DNA of 64,000 bases from an uncultured Verrucomicrobiae bacterium (GCA_963706955.1 CAVPOC010000014.1:1-64000), one strand, 5' to 3'. Shown: positions 22,127 through 32,488, counted from the stretch's first letter. Notes: generated from the sequence alone by a model not told the origin. Made by a program: numbers and translations.

Positions 22127-23540
22127 CTAGGTCTTCGATTTCGTTGATCGGCGAACGCCCGCCGTCCGATCAGTGCGATTGCTCCCCCTGGCCGCGGTGT
22201 CGGACTCATAATAGTCCAGGCCTGAGTGATCGAGCACCTCTTCGCCCATCAGGATCCGAAGGGTATTCTGGAGCTTGAGATGTTGAACGAAGAGGTCGTG
22301 TTCCGGCTTCAAGTCGGGCCGCGACAACGGCGATTTGAAGTAAAACGACAACCATTCCTGGATGCCACCCATCCCCGCGCGCTGCGCCAGATCCAGGAAA
22401 AGCGCTAAATCCAGGACGATGGGCGCAGCCAAGACCGAGTCCCGACAAAGGAAGTTTATCTTGATCTGCATGGGCATGCCACACCATCCGAAGATGTCGA
22501 TGTTGTCCCATCCTTCCTTTTCGTCACCGCGCGGCGGATAGTACTCGATGCGGACCTTGTGGAAGATTTCACTATAAAGTTCTGGATAAAGCGAGGGCTG
22601 CAACAGCGTATCCAAAACGCTCGCCTTGCTGACCTCCTTGGTTCGAAAGGAGTCGGGGTCATCCAGAACTTCGCCGTCTCGATTCCCGAGTATGTTCGTC
22701 GAAAACCAACCCTTCACGCCGAGCATCCGTGCCTTTAGGCCTGGTGCGATCACTGTCTTCATCAACGTTTGGCCCGTCTTGAAATCCTTTCCAGTGATCG
22801 GAACTTTGTTCTTCTCAGCTAATTGGATCAGGGCTGGGATGTCGACGGAGAGGTTCGGTGCGCCATTTGCATAAGCGGTGCCAGTCTGAAGCGCTGCATA
22901 GGCGTAGATCATCGACGACGATATGTCCGGCGAATTCTCCCGCAGGGCTCTCTCGAAGGCTTCCAACGAAGCGTGGACACGCTTCGGCTCCATATAGGTC
23001 TCAGTGGACCCGCACCAAACCATCACGGCGCGCTTCAGGCGGTGCTTTCGTTTGAAACTTTCGATATCGCGAATGATCGCCTGCGCCAGTTCCATCTTGT
23101 CGCTGGCCTGTTTTACATGCGTACCTTCCAACCTGCGCACATAGCGACGGTCAAAGGCAGCCCGGAAGGGCCGAATCTCGCTCAACTCTTTGCGGACCGG
23201 CTCAAGAACATGAGGAGAAAGCACACCCGAGCGAATCGCCGTGCGATAGCAATCCTCCCCGGAAACATCCCACCCGCCAAAAACGAGGTCCTGCAGATCC
23301 GCCAGTGGAACGAATTCTTTGATCAATGGGTAGCGGGCGTTCGTCCGTTTTCCCAAACGAATTCGTTGTAGTTGCGTAATCGAACCAAACGGCTGGGCCA
23401 GGCCTTTACGCACGAGAAGGACTCCCGCGATGAAGGTTGTTGCGACTGCGCCCAGGCCGGGAAGCAAGACCCCCAGCCGTCCGTCGGCAGGTTGGATTTC
23501 CTTGGCGAGCTCTGGATAGTACGATGTTTCGGGTACTCAT
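22127..23540 (-). CDS. ino1: Myo-inositol-1-phosphate synthase (1-bp frameshift near the start)
   Basis: LPGLGAVATT, FGGWD, VWCGSTE, ANGAPN, GKDFKTGQT, STNILGNRDG, FLCRDSVLAAP; ATG at 23540 overlaps the upstream TGA. Confidence 0.93.
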
Positions 23541-24715
23541 GGGATAAGTTTCTGAGAGATAATGGGGTGACTTCCCGCGGACGAATTCTTCAAGCTTAGG
23601 GCGGCCAACACCAGAAAATACAAGGGGGCACCGACAGCAGCCATATACAAGAACCATTTGACCTTTCCGGCGACAGCCAAGACGCCGACCAGGTAGATGA
23701 AATCGCGTCGCGCCAATTGGTCCGCGATTCTGGCAATGGAATCGGAATTATTCCTCCCAGGTGCGGGTGCATGGACGACCGAGGTAAAAAGCGGGCCGTT
23801 CGAGGCGTTTTCCTTCATCGTCGTCCAATAGACCAGCGCGGCGGACAGCAGCGTCCCCGCGACTGCCGAGGCGGCGAGACGAAATGGTCCAGGTCCTGGT
23901 GTCTCGGCATGCAGGTTCACGGCAATCGCCGAGAAGACTGCCGAGTGGACGACATTATCACCCCAAAAGTCGATCAAGCCACCCCAACGCGATTCCGCGA
24001 ATTTCAGGCGCGCCAGCTCGCCATCGCAGCCGTCTAAAACCGAATGGAGCCAAAAAAGAGTCGCGCCGAGCAGATGCTGGGCCGGCCTTGGACCAGCGAA
24101 GAAGAGAGCCCCAATCAAGCCAACCCCGATACTGATCAGCGTCATCTCGTTCGGAGTAATCCTCGTGTCTACGAGCCGTCTGGTCACCGCGAGAGAAATG
24201 TTGCGTTCCACATGGCGCGACATGAAACCCTCCGACTCCTTTATCAGTCCGTGAAGAAGCCATCGCTCGACCTGTTCGCGATCAGCGTCGCTCTGCAACC
24301 GTACCCACTCCTGCTCTCCGAGGCTGATGCACTTACATCCCAGGCGTTCTTTCAATTTGGCAACGAGAGCTGGGTAGCTTTCACATGTTTCAAACGTCGA
24401 AGAAAGAAATTGTCGATCACTGCACCGCACAGCGGCGAGCGAATCCGTTCCGCCAACCATGGTGAGGGTTTCCGGCTCAGGCTGGAGAGCGCTCAGCCGC
24501 TTCCAGCCCGCGTCACTGAGCAGAACGTCCGGGAACAGCACGAGAAAGCCTTCGGGCAACTCGGCAGCTTCGCGCAGCCTGAGACGCGTGATTACTTGCT
24601 TAAACCCCAATTTTTGCGCCTGCAACGCGACACGATCCTCGAAGTCCAATCCCAGCAGACGAACATGAGCCGAAGGGCATGCGCCCCAGAAAGGAATGAC
24701 CAACGCCTCGATCAT
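23537..24715 (-). CDS. CDP-alcohol phosphotransferase (DIPP-synthase-like) with degenerate N-terminal NTP-transferase-like domain
   Basis: ITPNEMT and LDGCDGELARLKFAESRWGGLIDFWGD (CDP-alcohol phosphotransferase signature); several TM helices. Confidence 0.88.
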   Translation of the reverse strand: MIEALVIPFWGACPSAHVRLLGLDFEDRVALQAQKLGFKQVITRLRLREAAELPEGFLVLFPDVLLSDAGWKRLSALQPEPETLTMVGGTDSLAAVRCSDRQFLSSTFETCESYPALVAKLKERLGCKCISLGEQEWVRLQSDADREQVERWLLHGLIKESEGFMSRHVERNISLAVTRRLVDTRITPNEMTLISIGVGLIGALFFAGPRPAQHLLGATLFWLHSVLDGCDGELARLKFAESRWGGLIDFWGDNVVHSAVFSAIAVNLHAETPGPGPFRLAASAVAGTLLSAALVYWTTMKENASNGPLFTSVVHAPAPGRNNSDSIARIADQLARRDFIYLVGVLAVAGKVKWFLYMAAVGAPLYFLVLAALSLKNSSAGSHPIISQKLIP

Positions 24716-24719
24716 GAGA

Positions 24720-25733
24720 TCATAGTGGTAAATACTCCTGCGCGCGGCTGGAAGCTTTGGATTGTTCAACCAAACGCAGGCAAAGCTCCGCGATCCTAAG
24801 ATTGCTGCCCGGACGAGACGAACCCTCCAACTCTCCGGCGAATTCTTCCGCGACGCACCTGAACCACTCTGGATGATGTGATCCGCTCGAGAGCTCTGTC
24901 TCGAAGTGAAACCTCTCCTCGCCTCCATCGTTCCGCACCAGCTTCAGCCAATCGTCCGCGATCGTTAATCGGGCCAGCGTTCCCTGGATCGTTCCCAAAT
25001 TGCGACGCTGCGGCGACGCCCAGGTAAGGAAGATCTTCGCGGTGCCGCCCTGCCTATTGATGCTGTCAAATCTGATCGTCACTACCGCGGTATCCTCTAC
25101 GGCGAGGTCGAGATGACTGCGGTTTTCCAGTGAAGCCTGCACCGCCGACGGATCGGCTCCCATCCAGTCGATCACCAGATAGAAGGCGTGCCAGCCATGA
25201 TCAACGAGGATACCACCCCCAGCTTTGTCGGGATCCAGCCGCCAGTTGTCCGCCTCCGTCGCGATTGAGGGTCCGGTGCGGAGCACCTGCCAGTCGCAAT
25301 GATGGATCTGACCCAGTGCACCGCTCGAAATTAGCTCGGTGATCTTCCGGCAAATCGGCGCGAACTTCCAGTTGTGGACGGTGAAAACGAGTTTCTCCCT
25401 TTCTTTTGCAAGCTGGACGATCTGATCAAGTTGCCAGGTCGCAAGGACCAGCGGCTTTTCGCAGAGAACGTTCCACCCTCGTCCAAGTGCTTCCATGACC
25501 ATGTTGAAATGGGTGTGCGGCGGGGTGCAAATGTCGACGAAGTCCAGATCTTGGGGCAATTGCGCGAGGCTATCCGTGCAGAGCGCCTCCGGCAATGCTC
25601 TCGAGAACAAGTTGCGCCGTTCGGAGTGAGAATCTACGCCTGCCACGATTCGAAATTCCGACTTGCTCTTCCAACCCGGCAGATGCCCGTTCAAGGCGAC
25701 GTTCCCCAATCCAATGATCGCGCCTTTATACAT
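24720..25733 (-). CDS. Gfo/Idh/MocA family oxidoreductase
   Basis: IIGLGNVA, ICTPPHTH, VLCEKPL, GGGILVDHGWH. Confidence 0.9.
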   Translation of the reverse strand: MYKGAIIGLGNVALNGHLPGWKSKSEFRIVAGVDSHSERRNLFSRALPEALCTDSLAQLPQDLDFVDICTPPHTHFNMVMEALGRGWNVLCEKPLVLATWQLDQIVQLAKEREKLVFTVHNWKFAPICRKITELISSGALGQIHHCDWQVLRTGPSIATEADNWRLDPDKAGGGILVDHGWHAFYLVIDWMGADPSAVQASLENRSHLDLAVEDTAVVTIRFDSINRQGGTAKIFLTWASPQRRNLGTIQGTLARLTIADDWLKLVRNDGGEERFHFETELSSGSHHPEWFRCVAEEFAGELEGSSRPGSNLRIAELCLRLVEQSKASSRAQEYLPL

Positions 25734-25808
25734 GGGAGAATGCAATGTGAACAACCCGAGCGTCAATTTCTTGCTGTCACTCTCCACCGCGGATCCCGGT
25801 GAATCGCG

Positions 25809-27176
25809 CTACATCCTGTATGTGCCATCTTGTTGCACCTCCGCAAAAACCTCTTCGAGAATTTCTGCCGCCTGGAGAGCGGACCTCTCGGAAATCGTCA
25901 AAGGCGGAATAATGCGAATCGGATTGGTATAGGTCATGGACAGTAGTCCGCGATCCATACAACGCTCGAATATCCGACGGCTAACTGCCTTGTTTACGCG
26001 CTCTTTAGACTTCTTGTTCTTCACCAACTCGATTCCGAGCATCAGGCCGCGGCCTCGCGCATCCCCTACGAATTCGAAGCGCTCGACGAATGCCTGAAAT
26101 CGCTTGAGGAGAACATCACCGATCTTTCGGGAGTTCTCAGCGAGCTTCTCATCCAGAATAATCTCCAGAGTGGCCAAGCCGGCTGCGGCCGCGAGTGGAT
26201 TGCCTCCATAGCTTGACGAACTTCCCGAAGGGAGCGCATACGGTTTCGCCCGACTATGCTCATCGGTCGAGATGACTGCGCTCAACGGAAACCCTCCGCC
26301 AATTCCTTTGCCGACCGTCAAGATGTCAGGCGCAAGCTGGTCGTGCAAAAACCCCCACATCGCTCCGGCTCTCCCGAAAGCCGTCTGCATCTCATCAGCA
26401 ATGAGGAGAGCGCCAAACTCCTTCGCGATCGACTGGACGGCGGGTAGAAACTCCGGTGGCGGAACGACATTTCCCGCCGTCCCCTGAATCGGCTCCACAA
26501 TGATGGCGGCAATCTGCTGTTGGGTTTGCAGTTTGATGACCTGGCGGAGATGTTCTGCACAAGCAATCCCGCAGGCGGGATAGCGGAGCTTCAACGGGCA
26601 CCTGTAGCAATACGCAAACGGAGAGAGATAGAGTCCGGGCATAAAGGGGCCGTAGTCCTTCTTGAATTCGTCGCCCAGCAGGCCAAGGACCCCACCGGTC
26701 TTGCCATGAAATCCGCCCCAAAAACCGACAAACTCGAATTTCTTGGTCACCGATTTTGCCAATCTGAAAGCAGCCTCGACAGCTTCGGCACCGCCCGAAA
26801 AAAGTTGAATGCGGGTCAGCGGCGGGGGCAAGAGAGAGGCCAACAGGCGAAAGAACTTCGTGCGCACCTCGGTCGTGAAGCTTCCAAAGGTCAGCTCCTC
26901 AAGCTGCCTCTTCAGCGCTCTCACATAGTATGGGTGGCAGTGACCCACGCTGCCAACGCCGATTCCTGACACGAAGTCGATATACTGCTTGCCATCCTCG
27001 TCGGTAACGACTTCGTTGCGTCCGCGCGCCAAGGCAACGCCCGCATGAAGCGCAATCCCTTGAAAACCGGGCGAGATGTAGTTTTGCTCCTCGGCAAAGA
27101 TCTTGGCTGCTCTCGAGGTGCCGCCCGCCTGCTGAGGCGAATGAACTCTGCGCGCCCCAAACTCCGTCTTCTTCAT
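25809..27176 (-). CDS. Class III PLP aminotransferase
   Basis: SGGAEAVE, FHGKT, EPIQG, IADEMQTAFGR, DILTVGKGIGGG. Confidence 0.9.
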   Translation of the reverse strand: MKKTEFGARRVHSPQQAGGTSRAAKIFAEEQNYISPGFQGIALHAGVALARGRNEVVTDEDGKQYIDFVSGIGVGSVGHCHPYYVRALKRQLEELTFGSFTTEVRTKFFRLLASLLPPPLTRIQLFSGGAEAVEAAFRLAKSVTKKFEFVGFWGGFHGKTGGVLGLLGDEFKKDYGPFMPGLYLSPFAYCYRCPLKLRYPACGIACAEHLRQVIKLQTQQQIAAIIVEPIQGTAGNVVPPPEFLPAVQSIAKEFGALLIADEMQTAFGRAGAMWGFLHDQLAPDILTVGKGIGGGFPLSAVISTDEHSRAKPYALPSGSSSSYGGNPLAAAAGLATLEIILDEKLAENSRKIGDVLLKRFQAFVERFEFVGDARGRGLMLGIELVKNKKSKERVNKAVSRRIFERCMDRGLLSMTYTNPIRIIPPLTISERSALQAAEILEEVFAEVQQDGTYRM

Positions 27177-27183
27177 TTCGGTC

Positions 27184-28044
27184 TTAGGCCACCGGATGGG
27201 AAGTTTTCGTGAGGATATGACGGGCAATCGCCGCGGAAGCTTCGCCTCGAAATAGTGCAAAGCTCGGCCACGCGTTGATGTCGATGAGATACACTGAACC
27301 GTCGGAAGCAACCACGGCGTCTCCTCCGAAAATTTCTAGCCTGAGCGCTCTCGCTGCGGAGAAGAAGGCCTCTTTCAAATCACTTTCGGAGAAGGGATGG
27401 CCCTTTAATTCCTGGTCTTCGTGGTAGAACCATTTGAACCAGACTTCGCCCGACTCGCCGACTCCGTAGAGCTTTACCAAATCTCCCTCGATGTGCTCCT
27501 GCCACACCGACCTCGTCACATCGCGTGATCGGAAAGCCCGGACGAGCGCCCAAGCCTCTTCGGCCGATCGGGCCAGCGACACATCTCCTTCCTGGGTGTT
27601 ATGAACGTCGCCGCGCTTGATCCAGAGTGAACGTGTGCCTGCATGTCGAAAGTGCGACCGCAAACGATCTTCCAGATCCGGCGAACGGGTCGCGACAAGC
27701 TCGCTTTTTGGGAAGGGCACCCCCGTGCTAAACAAGAGCGGGATCATCCGATGCCGGTAAGTATTCCGAATGGCGCTGACGCAATTGATCAGCGTGGCTC
27801 CCTGTCGTTCCCAAGCGCCTAAACGCTCCAGCATCCGCTCCTGCTCACACATCACAAACGCTGTCTCTGGACGAGCACGCTTCCACCACCCCGGTGAGAT
27901 TTGCTCCGGCCGGACAAGTTCAACCTCGACGCCGTCAGCTTCAAGAGCCTCTGCGGTCAAGCGCAGGATCTCAAAATCATCGAAGACGCGATCAGGTGAG
28001 TGAAGGGTCTCTCTAAAAATTCCAATCAGTGGACGCGCTCTCAA
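27184..28044 (-). CDS. ATP-grasp protein (ITPK1-like motifs)
   Basis: WIKRGD, WQEHIEGDLVKLYGVG, IFGGDAVV, YLIDINAWPSF. Confidence 0.75.
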   Translation of the reverse strand: MRARPLIGIFRETLHSPDRVFDDFEILRLTAEALEADGVEVELVRPEQISPGWWKRARPETAFVMCEQERMLERLGAWERQGATLINCVSAIRNTYRHRMIPLLFSTGVPFPKSELVATRSPDLEDRLRSHFRHAGTRSLWIKRGDVHNTQEGDVSLARSAEEAWALVRAFRSRDVTRSVWQEHIEGDLVKLYGVGESGEVWFKWFYHEDQELKGHPFSESDLKEAFFSAARALRLEIFGGDAVVASDGSVYLIDINAWPSFALFRGEASAAIARHILTKTSHPVA

Positions 28045-28742
28045 ACGTCACCTCTTATCCGCGATAGGAAACGTTCGGCAAGATTAATGTCTTCAACGGT
28101 ATCCACATCGATGACATCGCCAAGCGGCACGGCCCGAAAGGGAAATCCCTCCCGCAGGAGTTGTCCCAGGAATGCGCGCAACGACGAAATCCCATCCTCC
28201 CACTCTCGCTCGAAAATAGCAGCGGTGACTCCATAGATCCCGGCCGTCGCGAATTTTCCACCGGAAGCGCCCAGGTTCACGATTTCTAAACTCCCCGGTT
28301 TCGTGGCGACCCAAAGTGGTTTCTCGTCGTGGACAAATGAAGTGACCGCCAGCAGGACCTCACGGTCCGAGTCTGCCGGAGAAGCAAGCATCGTCTGCCA
28401 ATCCTGCGGCGAACAGATCGAATCGACGGTACAAATCAGGTGCCTCCCGGGCCCGAGGGCGCGTCCTACTCGCCAGAAACTCTCAGAGGACGAGCGTGTC
28501 GTCTTCACAAGGATCTTTAGCTCGAGAGCTGCGAAATGAGCGCGCACCCAATCGGCGCACTCCTGTTGCGTTTCGTTGAAGATAATTGCCACACGCTCGA
28601 CTCCGAGCTCGAGAAACTGGCGAAGAGTGTGCCCAATCAAGGGAGTGCCGGCGATGGGAATAAGCGGTTTGCTGAAGGTGAGGCCATCCATTTTCAGCCG
28701 GCGACCCTCGCCTGCCGCGATGATACCTGCGGAGCTTATCAT
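28041..28742 (-). CDS. NTP transferase (sugar/inositol-phosphate nucleotidyltransferase)
   Basis: IIAAGEGRRL..KPLIPIAG, TVD, DVDTVEDI. Confidence 0.88.
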   Translation of the reverse strand: MISSAGIIAAGEGRRLKMDGLTFSKPLIPIAGTPLIGHTLRQFLELGVERVAIIFNETQQECADWVRAHFAALELKILVKTTRSSSESFWRVGRALGPGRHLICTVDSICSPQDWQTMLASPADSDREVLLAVTSFVHDEKPLWVATKPGSLEIVNLGASGGKFATAGIYGVTAAIFEREWEDGISSLRAFLGQLLREGFPFRAVPLGDVIDVDTVEDINLAERFLSRIRGDV

Positions 28743-29422
28743 CGCAGAATCTCACGCAGGTCCAGCAACGATCGAATCACATGATCGTCTCGGCAGCATG
28801 CCGGTCGCTCTGGATGCAGTGTATTCAACCAGACGTGCGGCATGGCCAGTGCCTTGGCAGGCGCCATGTCCCGGAGTGGGTTGTCACCCACAAACATCAC
28901 CTGCTCGGGTAGACAACCGATCTTTTCGACGGCGGCCTGAAAGATTGCCGGCTGCGGCTTTGACACACCCACGCGTGCCGAGTCGATGACCGTGTCGAAG
29001 AATTGGCGGTAGCCAATCTCCTCACAAAGGAATTCGAGGTTGCCGTAAAAGTTTGAGACAATTCCCAGGCGGTAACGCGCGGAAAGTTCTTCGAGCAGCG
29101 CCCTGTTCCGCTCAAGGCAACGCAAGGAGTCCACATGGAAGCGTTCGGCGATGCGGCGCGCCAAACGATGATCCTGTCGATCTCCCCACCGGAGGACCCT
29201 GCTCACCTGCTCTAGGAGCGTTCCCGCGTAGTCCACCTCGTGCAATTTCTCTTCGTTGAGGGAATCATCCGATGCGCAAAAAAGCCGCGCAAATGTGTGA
29301 AAATCCCAGTCTATTCCCTCCTCGCGATAGATGGGATAAAATCGCTCTTTCCACGGAATCCCGTCAGCATCGAGAGTGCCGCCGAAGTCAAAGAGGATGG
29401 CTCTGGGAGCATTGAAATTCAT
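28739..29422 (-). CDS. HAD-family hydrolase (phosphatase)
   Basis: LFDFGGTLD, VSNFYGN, KPQPAIF, VGDNPLRDM. Confidence 0.88.
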   Translation of the reverse strand: MNFNAPRAILFDFGGTLDADGIPWKERFYPIYREEGIDWDFHTFARLFCASDDSLNEEKLHEVDYAGTLLEQVSRVLRWGDRQDHRLARRIAERFHVDSLRCLERNRALLEELSARYRLGIVSNFYGNLEFLCEEIGYRQFFDTVIDSARVGVSKPQPAIFQAAVEKIGCLPEQVMFVGDNPLRDMAPAKALAMPHVWLNTLHPERPACCRDDHVIRSLLDLREILR

Positions 29423-29554
29423 TTCGCTACGGATAGCTCTCCCTATTCCCTCCTGCCGCGCAAGGCTACCATTTTTCTCTTCACCTCTGTAAGGCGCATC
29501 GTGCCGCCCAAATTCTTCGGCTATATTGTGTCGCGTCCTAGGGGGCTGCAACAG

Positions 29555-32488
29555 ATGGACGAAGAGATACAATCTGAGGTTGAAGCGATTGGTCGCGAGA
29601 TTTTTGCCCGCATTGCCGGAGCGAAACCGAAGCTCTTTTCCCACTCAAACCTCACGGGACAACTTCTGGAGTGGTCGATGCAGAAGGAGGCTTTGAAGAT
29701 GCAGCTCTTCCGATTGGTCGATGTTCTGCCGGTGCTCGAATCCAACAAGGAGGTTGCGCGCCACGTTGCCGAATATCTTGGCGACAGTTCCGACGCATTG
29801 CCCCCGGCTATGCAAAGGGTGCTGGGGTTGGCCCGCCAAGTCCCTTTTCTCACCGCACCGCCGACGCGACAGGTTGTCCGAAGAATCGCGCGGTCCTTCA
29901 TTCTTGCACGAGATCCGACGGAGGCGGTTTCGCGTCTGCGAGCAATGCGCGATCGTTCGACAGCTTTTACCGTTGATCTGCTGGGCGAAACGGTGTTGAG
30001 CGAGCGCGAAGCGGAGGAATTCGCGGCCCGTTACCTCGACTTAGTGAACGTTCTCGCCAGTGCTGCCGCGGCGTGGCCGATCAGTCCAACGTTAGATCGC
30101 GACGACCGCGGAGCTATCCCGGCGGTCAACATCTCGGTAAAGGTCTCCGCGCTATTTTCGCAGATCAAGCCTGAGGCGCCTGATTACAGCATCAAGCACT
30201 TGGCCGAACGGCTGCGTCCACTCCTGCGCTTAGCAATGGCGCGTCACGTCTTCGTTAACCTCGATATGGAGATGCATTCTCTCAAGGAGCTGACCTTGCG
30301 CTTGTTCATGTCACTTCTGCATGAGAAGGAATTCCGGCACTATCCCCATTTTGGCATTGCGATGCAGGCCTACCTGCGCGAAACACCCGAAGATCTGGAC
30401 CGCTTGATCGAATGGTCCGCACAAAGAGGGACGCGCGTAACAGTCCGCCTGGTCAAAGGAGCCTACTGGGATACCGAGACGATCAGAGCGCGCCAGCAGA
30501 ATTGGCCGTCTCCGGTCTACGAAGGCAAAGAAGAGACCGACGCGGCTTACGAACGTCTGGCGCTCCGCCTTCTTAAGCGTTCGGATGTCATCGATGCCGC
30601 CTTTGGCACACATAACGTGCGCACGATTGCCGCATGTATCGCCAACGCACGGCGGGTCGGACTGCCGTCGTCGCGTTTAGAATTCCAGATGCTCTACGGC
30701 ATGGCGGAGCCGATCAAAGAGGCGTTAATCGAGCTCGGCTATCGCGTTCGCGAATACTGCCCGCTCGGCGAGATGCTTTCCGGGATGGCGTATCTGGTGC
30801 GTCGCCTTCTTGAGAATACTTCCAATGAAGGGTTTCTGCGCGCGACATTTAGCCAAGGAGCCTCCCCGGAGATCCTGCTCGGCGATCCTGCCACCTTACA
30901 CCATACCCCGTCCGAGTGGCGCCATCCGGAATTTATAAACGAACCACTCGCCGATTTCTCACGCGGTGAACTTCGCGAGCAGATGAGAAAAGGACTTCGC
31001 GAAGCCGCAAAGATGTTTGGAAATTTGCACGCCCTCCGCCTCGGCCGGGCCGGAACCCGATCTCGGGAAGTGATCATCTCACGAAATCCTGCGAAGCCAG
31101 CCGAAATCGTCGGGCAGGTCGAGGCCGCCTATAAGGAAGACGTCGACACTGCGGTGGCCATGGCAGCCTCGGCAGCTCCGACTTGGTCGAATACTTCAAG
31201 CGAGGCGCGAGCAAAAATCCTGCAGCGTGCTGGCGAGCTGCTCAGACACCGCCGCTTTGAACTCGCGGCTCTCGAAGTCTTCGAGACTGGCAAGACATGG
31301 TCCGAGGCGGATGCCGACGTTTGCGAAGCGATCGACTTCTGCCACTACTATGCAGGAGAAATGCTTCGGCTCTCGAAGAGCCGGCTTAGCATTCCCGGGG
31401 AGGACATCCGCAACGAATACACTGCGCGTGGAGTGACCGCCGTGATCGCACCATGGAACTTCCCTCTCGCCATTCTTTGCGGAATGACGGCGGCGGCCCT
31501 CGTCGCTGGGAACCCCGTTGTCATGAAGCCATCTGGGCAGTCCGCGGTCATTGCGACAGTCTTTGCGCGCGTTCTTTACGAGGCGGGCGTGCCAGCCGAG
31601 GCCCTTCACTGCTTGCCAGGCTCCGGCGCAGAGGTCGGAGCAGCCCTGGTGGAGCACCCTGAAGTTACCCTAATCGCATTTACCGGCTCGCGCGAAGTCG
31701 GGTTGAGGATCTGGGAGGCTGCCGGTCGCACACAGCCTCACCAGCCACAACTCAAGAAGGTGGTCTGCGAGATGGGCGGAAAGAATGCCATCATCGTGGA
31801 TGATGACGCCGATCTTGACGAGGCCGTTCCTGCCATCGTCGCCTCCGCCTTCGGCTATCAAGGACAAAAATGTTCCGCGCTTTCCCGGCTTATTGTCCTT
31901 CCAGGCATCCGTGACCGCCTGATTCGGCGGACCATCGAAGCAACCGAAAGTCTTCGCATGGGGGATCCAATCGATCCTGCGGTAACAATCGGCCCGTTGA
32001 TTGACGAATCGGCTCAAAAGCGCGTGCGAGAATATGTCGGGCTAGGACACCGCGAGGCGACCCTCGCATTTGAGATGCCGGTCGCCGAGAGCACGGGGTG
32101 GTTTGTTGGACCGGCGATTTTTGCGAACGTTTCCCCCGAGTCGAGATTAGCCCAGGAGGAGATCTTTGGTCCGGTCCTCTCAGTGATCGATGCCCACGAT
32201 CTCGATGAGGCGCTCGAGATTGCGAATAGCACGGCATACGCGCTGACCGGCGGCTTTTTCTCCCGCAGCCCTCGTCGAATCGAACGGGTCAAATCTGAAT
32301 TTCATGTCGGCAATCTCTACATCAACCGCAAAATCACCGGCGCAATTGTGGCGCGCCACCCCTTTGGAGGATTTGGGATGTCGGGCGGAGGAACGAAGGC
32401 TGGTGGACCCGACTATCTTCTCAATTTTCTTCTCCCAAAGGTCATCGCTGAAAACGTTGTCCGCCGCGGCTCGGCTCCGCAATCGTAG
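29555..32488 (+). CDS. putA: Bifunctional proline dehydrogenase/P5C dehydrogenase
   Basis: DLLGE, RLVKGAYWD, EFQMLYGM, YLVRRLLEN, APWNFPLAI, EMGGKN, QGQKCSA, EEIFGP. Confidence 0.95.
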   Translation: MDEEIQSEVEAIGREIFARIAGAKPKLFSHSNLTGQLLEWSMQKEALKMQLFRLVDVLPVLESNKEVARHVAEYLGDSSDALPPAMQRVLGLARQVPFLTAPPTRQVVRRIARSFILARDPTEAVSRLRAMRDRSTAFTVDLLGETVLSEREAEEFAARYLDLVNVLASAAAAWPISPTLDRDDRGAIPAVNISVKVSALFSQIKPEAPDYSIKHLAERLRPLLRLAMARHVFVNLDMEMHSLKELTLRLFMSLLHEKEFRHYPHFGIAMQAYLRETPEDLDRLIEWSAQRGTRVTVRLVKGAYWDTETIRARQQNWPSPVYEGKEETDAAYERLALRLLKRSDVIDAAFGTHNVRTIAACIANARRVGLPSSRLEFQMLYGMAEPIKEALIELGYRVREYCPLGEMLSGMAYLVRRLLENTSNEGFLRATFSQGASPEILLGDPATLHHTPSEWRHPEFINEPLADFSRGELREQMRKGLREAAKMFGNLHALRLGRAGTRSREVIISRNPAKPAEIVGQVEAAYKEDVDTAVAMAASAAPTWSNTSSEARAKILQRAGELLRHRRFELAALEVFETGKTWSEADADVCEAIDFCHYYAGEMLRLSKSRLSIPGEDIRNEYTARGVTAVIAPWNFPLAILCGMTAAALVAGNPVVMKPSGQSAVIATVFARVLYEAGVPAEALHCLPGSGAEVGAALVEHPEVTLIAFTGSREVGLRIWEAAGRTQPHQPQLKKVVCEMGGKNAIIVDDDADLDEAVPAIVASAFGYQGQKCSALSRLIVLPGIRDRLIRRTIEATESLRMGDPIDPAVTIGPLIDESAQKRVREYVGLGHREATLAFEMPVAESTGWFVGPAIFANVSPESRLAQEEIFGPVLSVIDAHDLDEALEIANSTAYALTGGFFSRSPRRIERVKSEFHVGNLYINRKITGAIVARHPFGGFGMSGGGTKAGGPDYLLNFLLPKVIAENVVRRGSAPQS

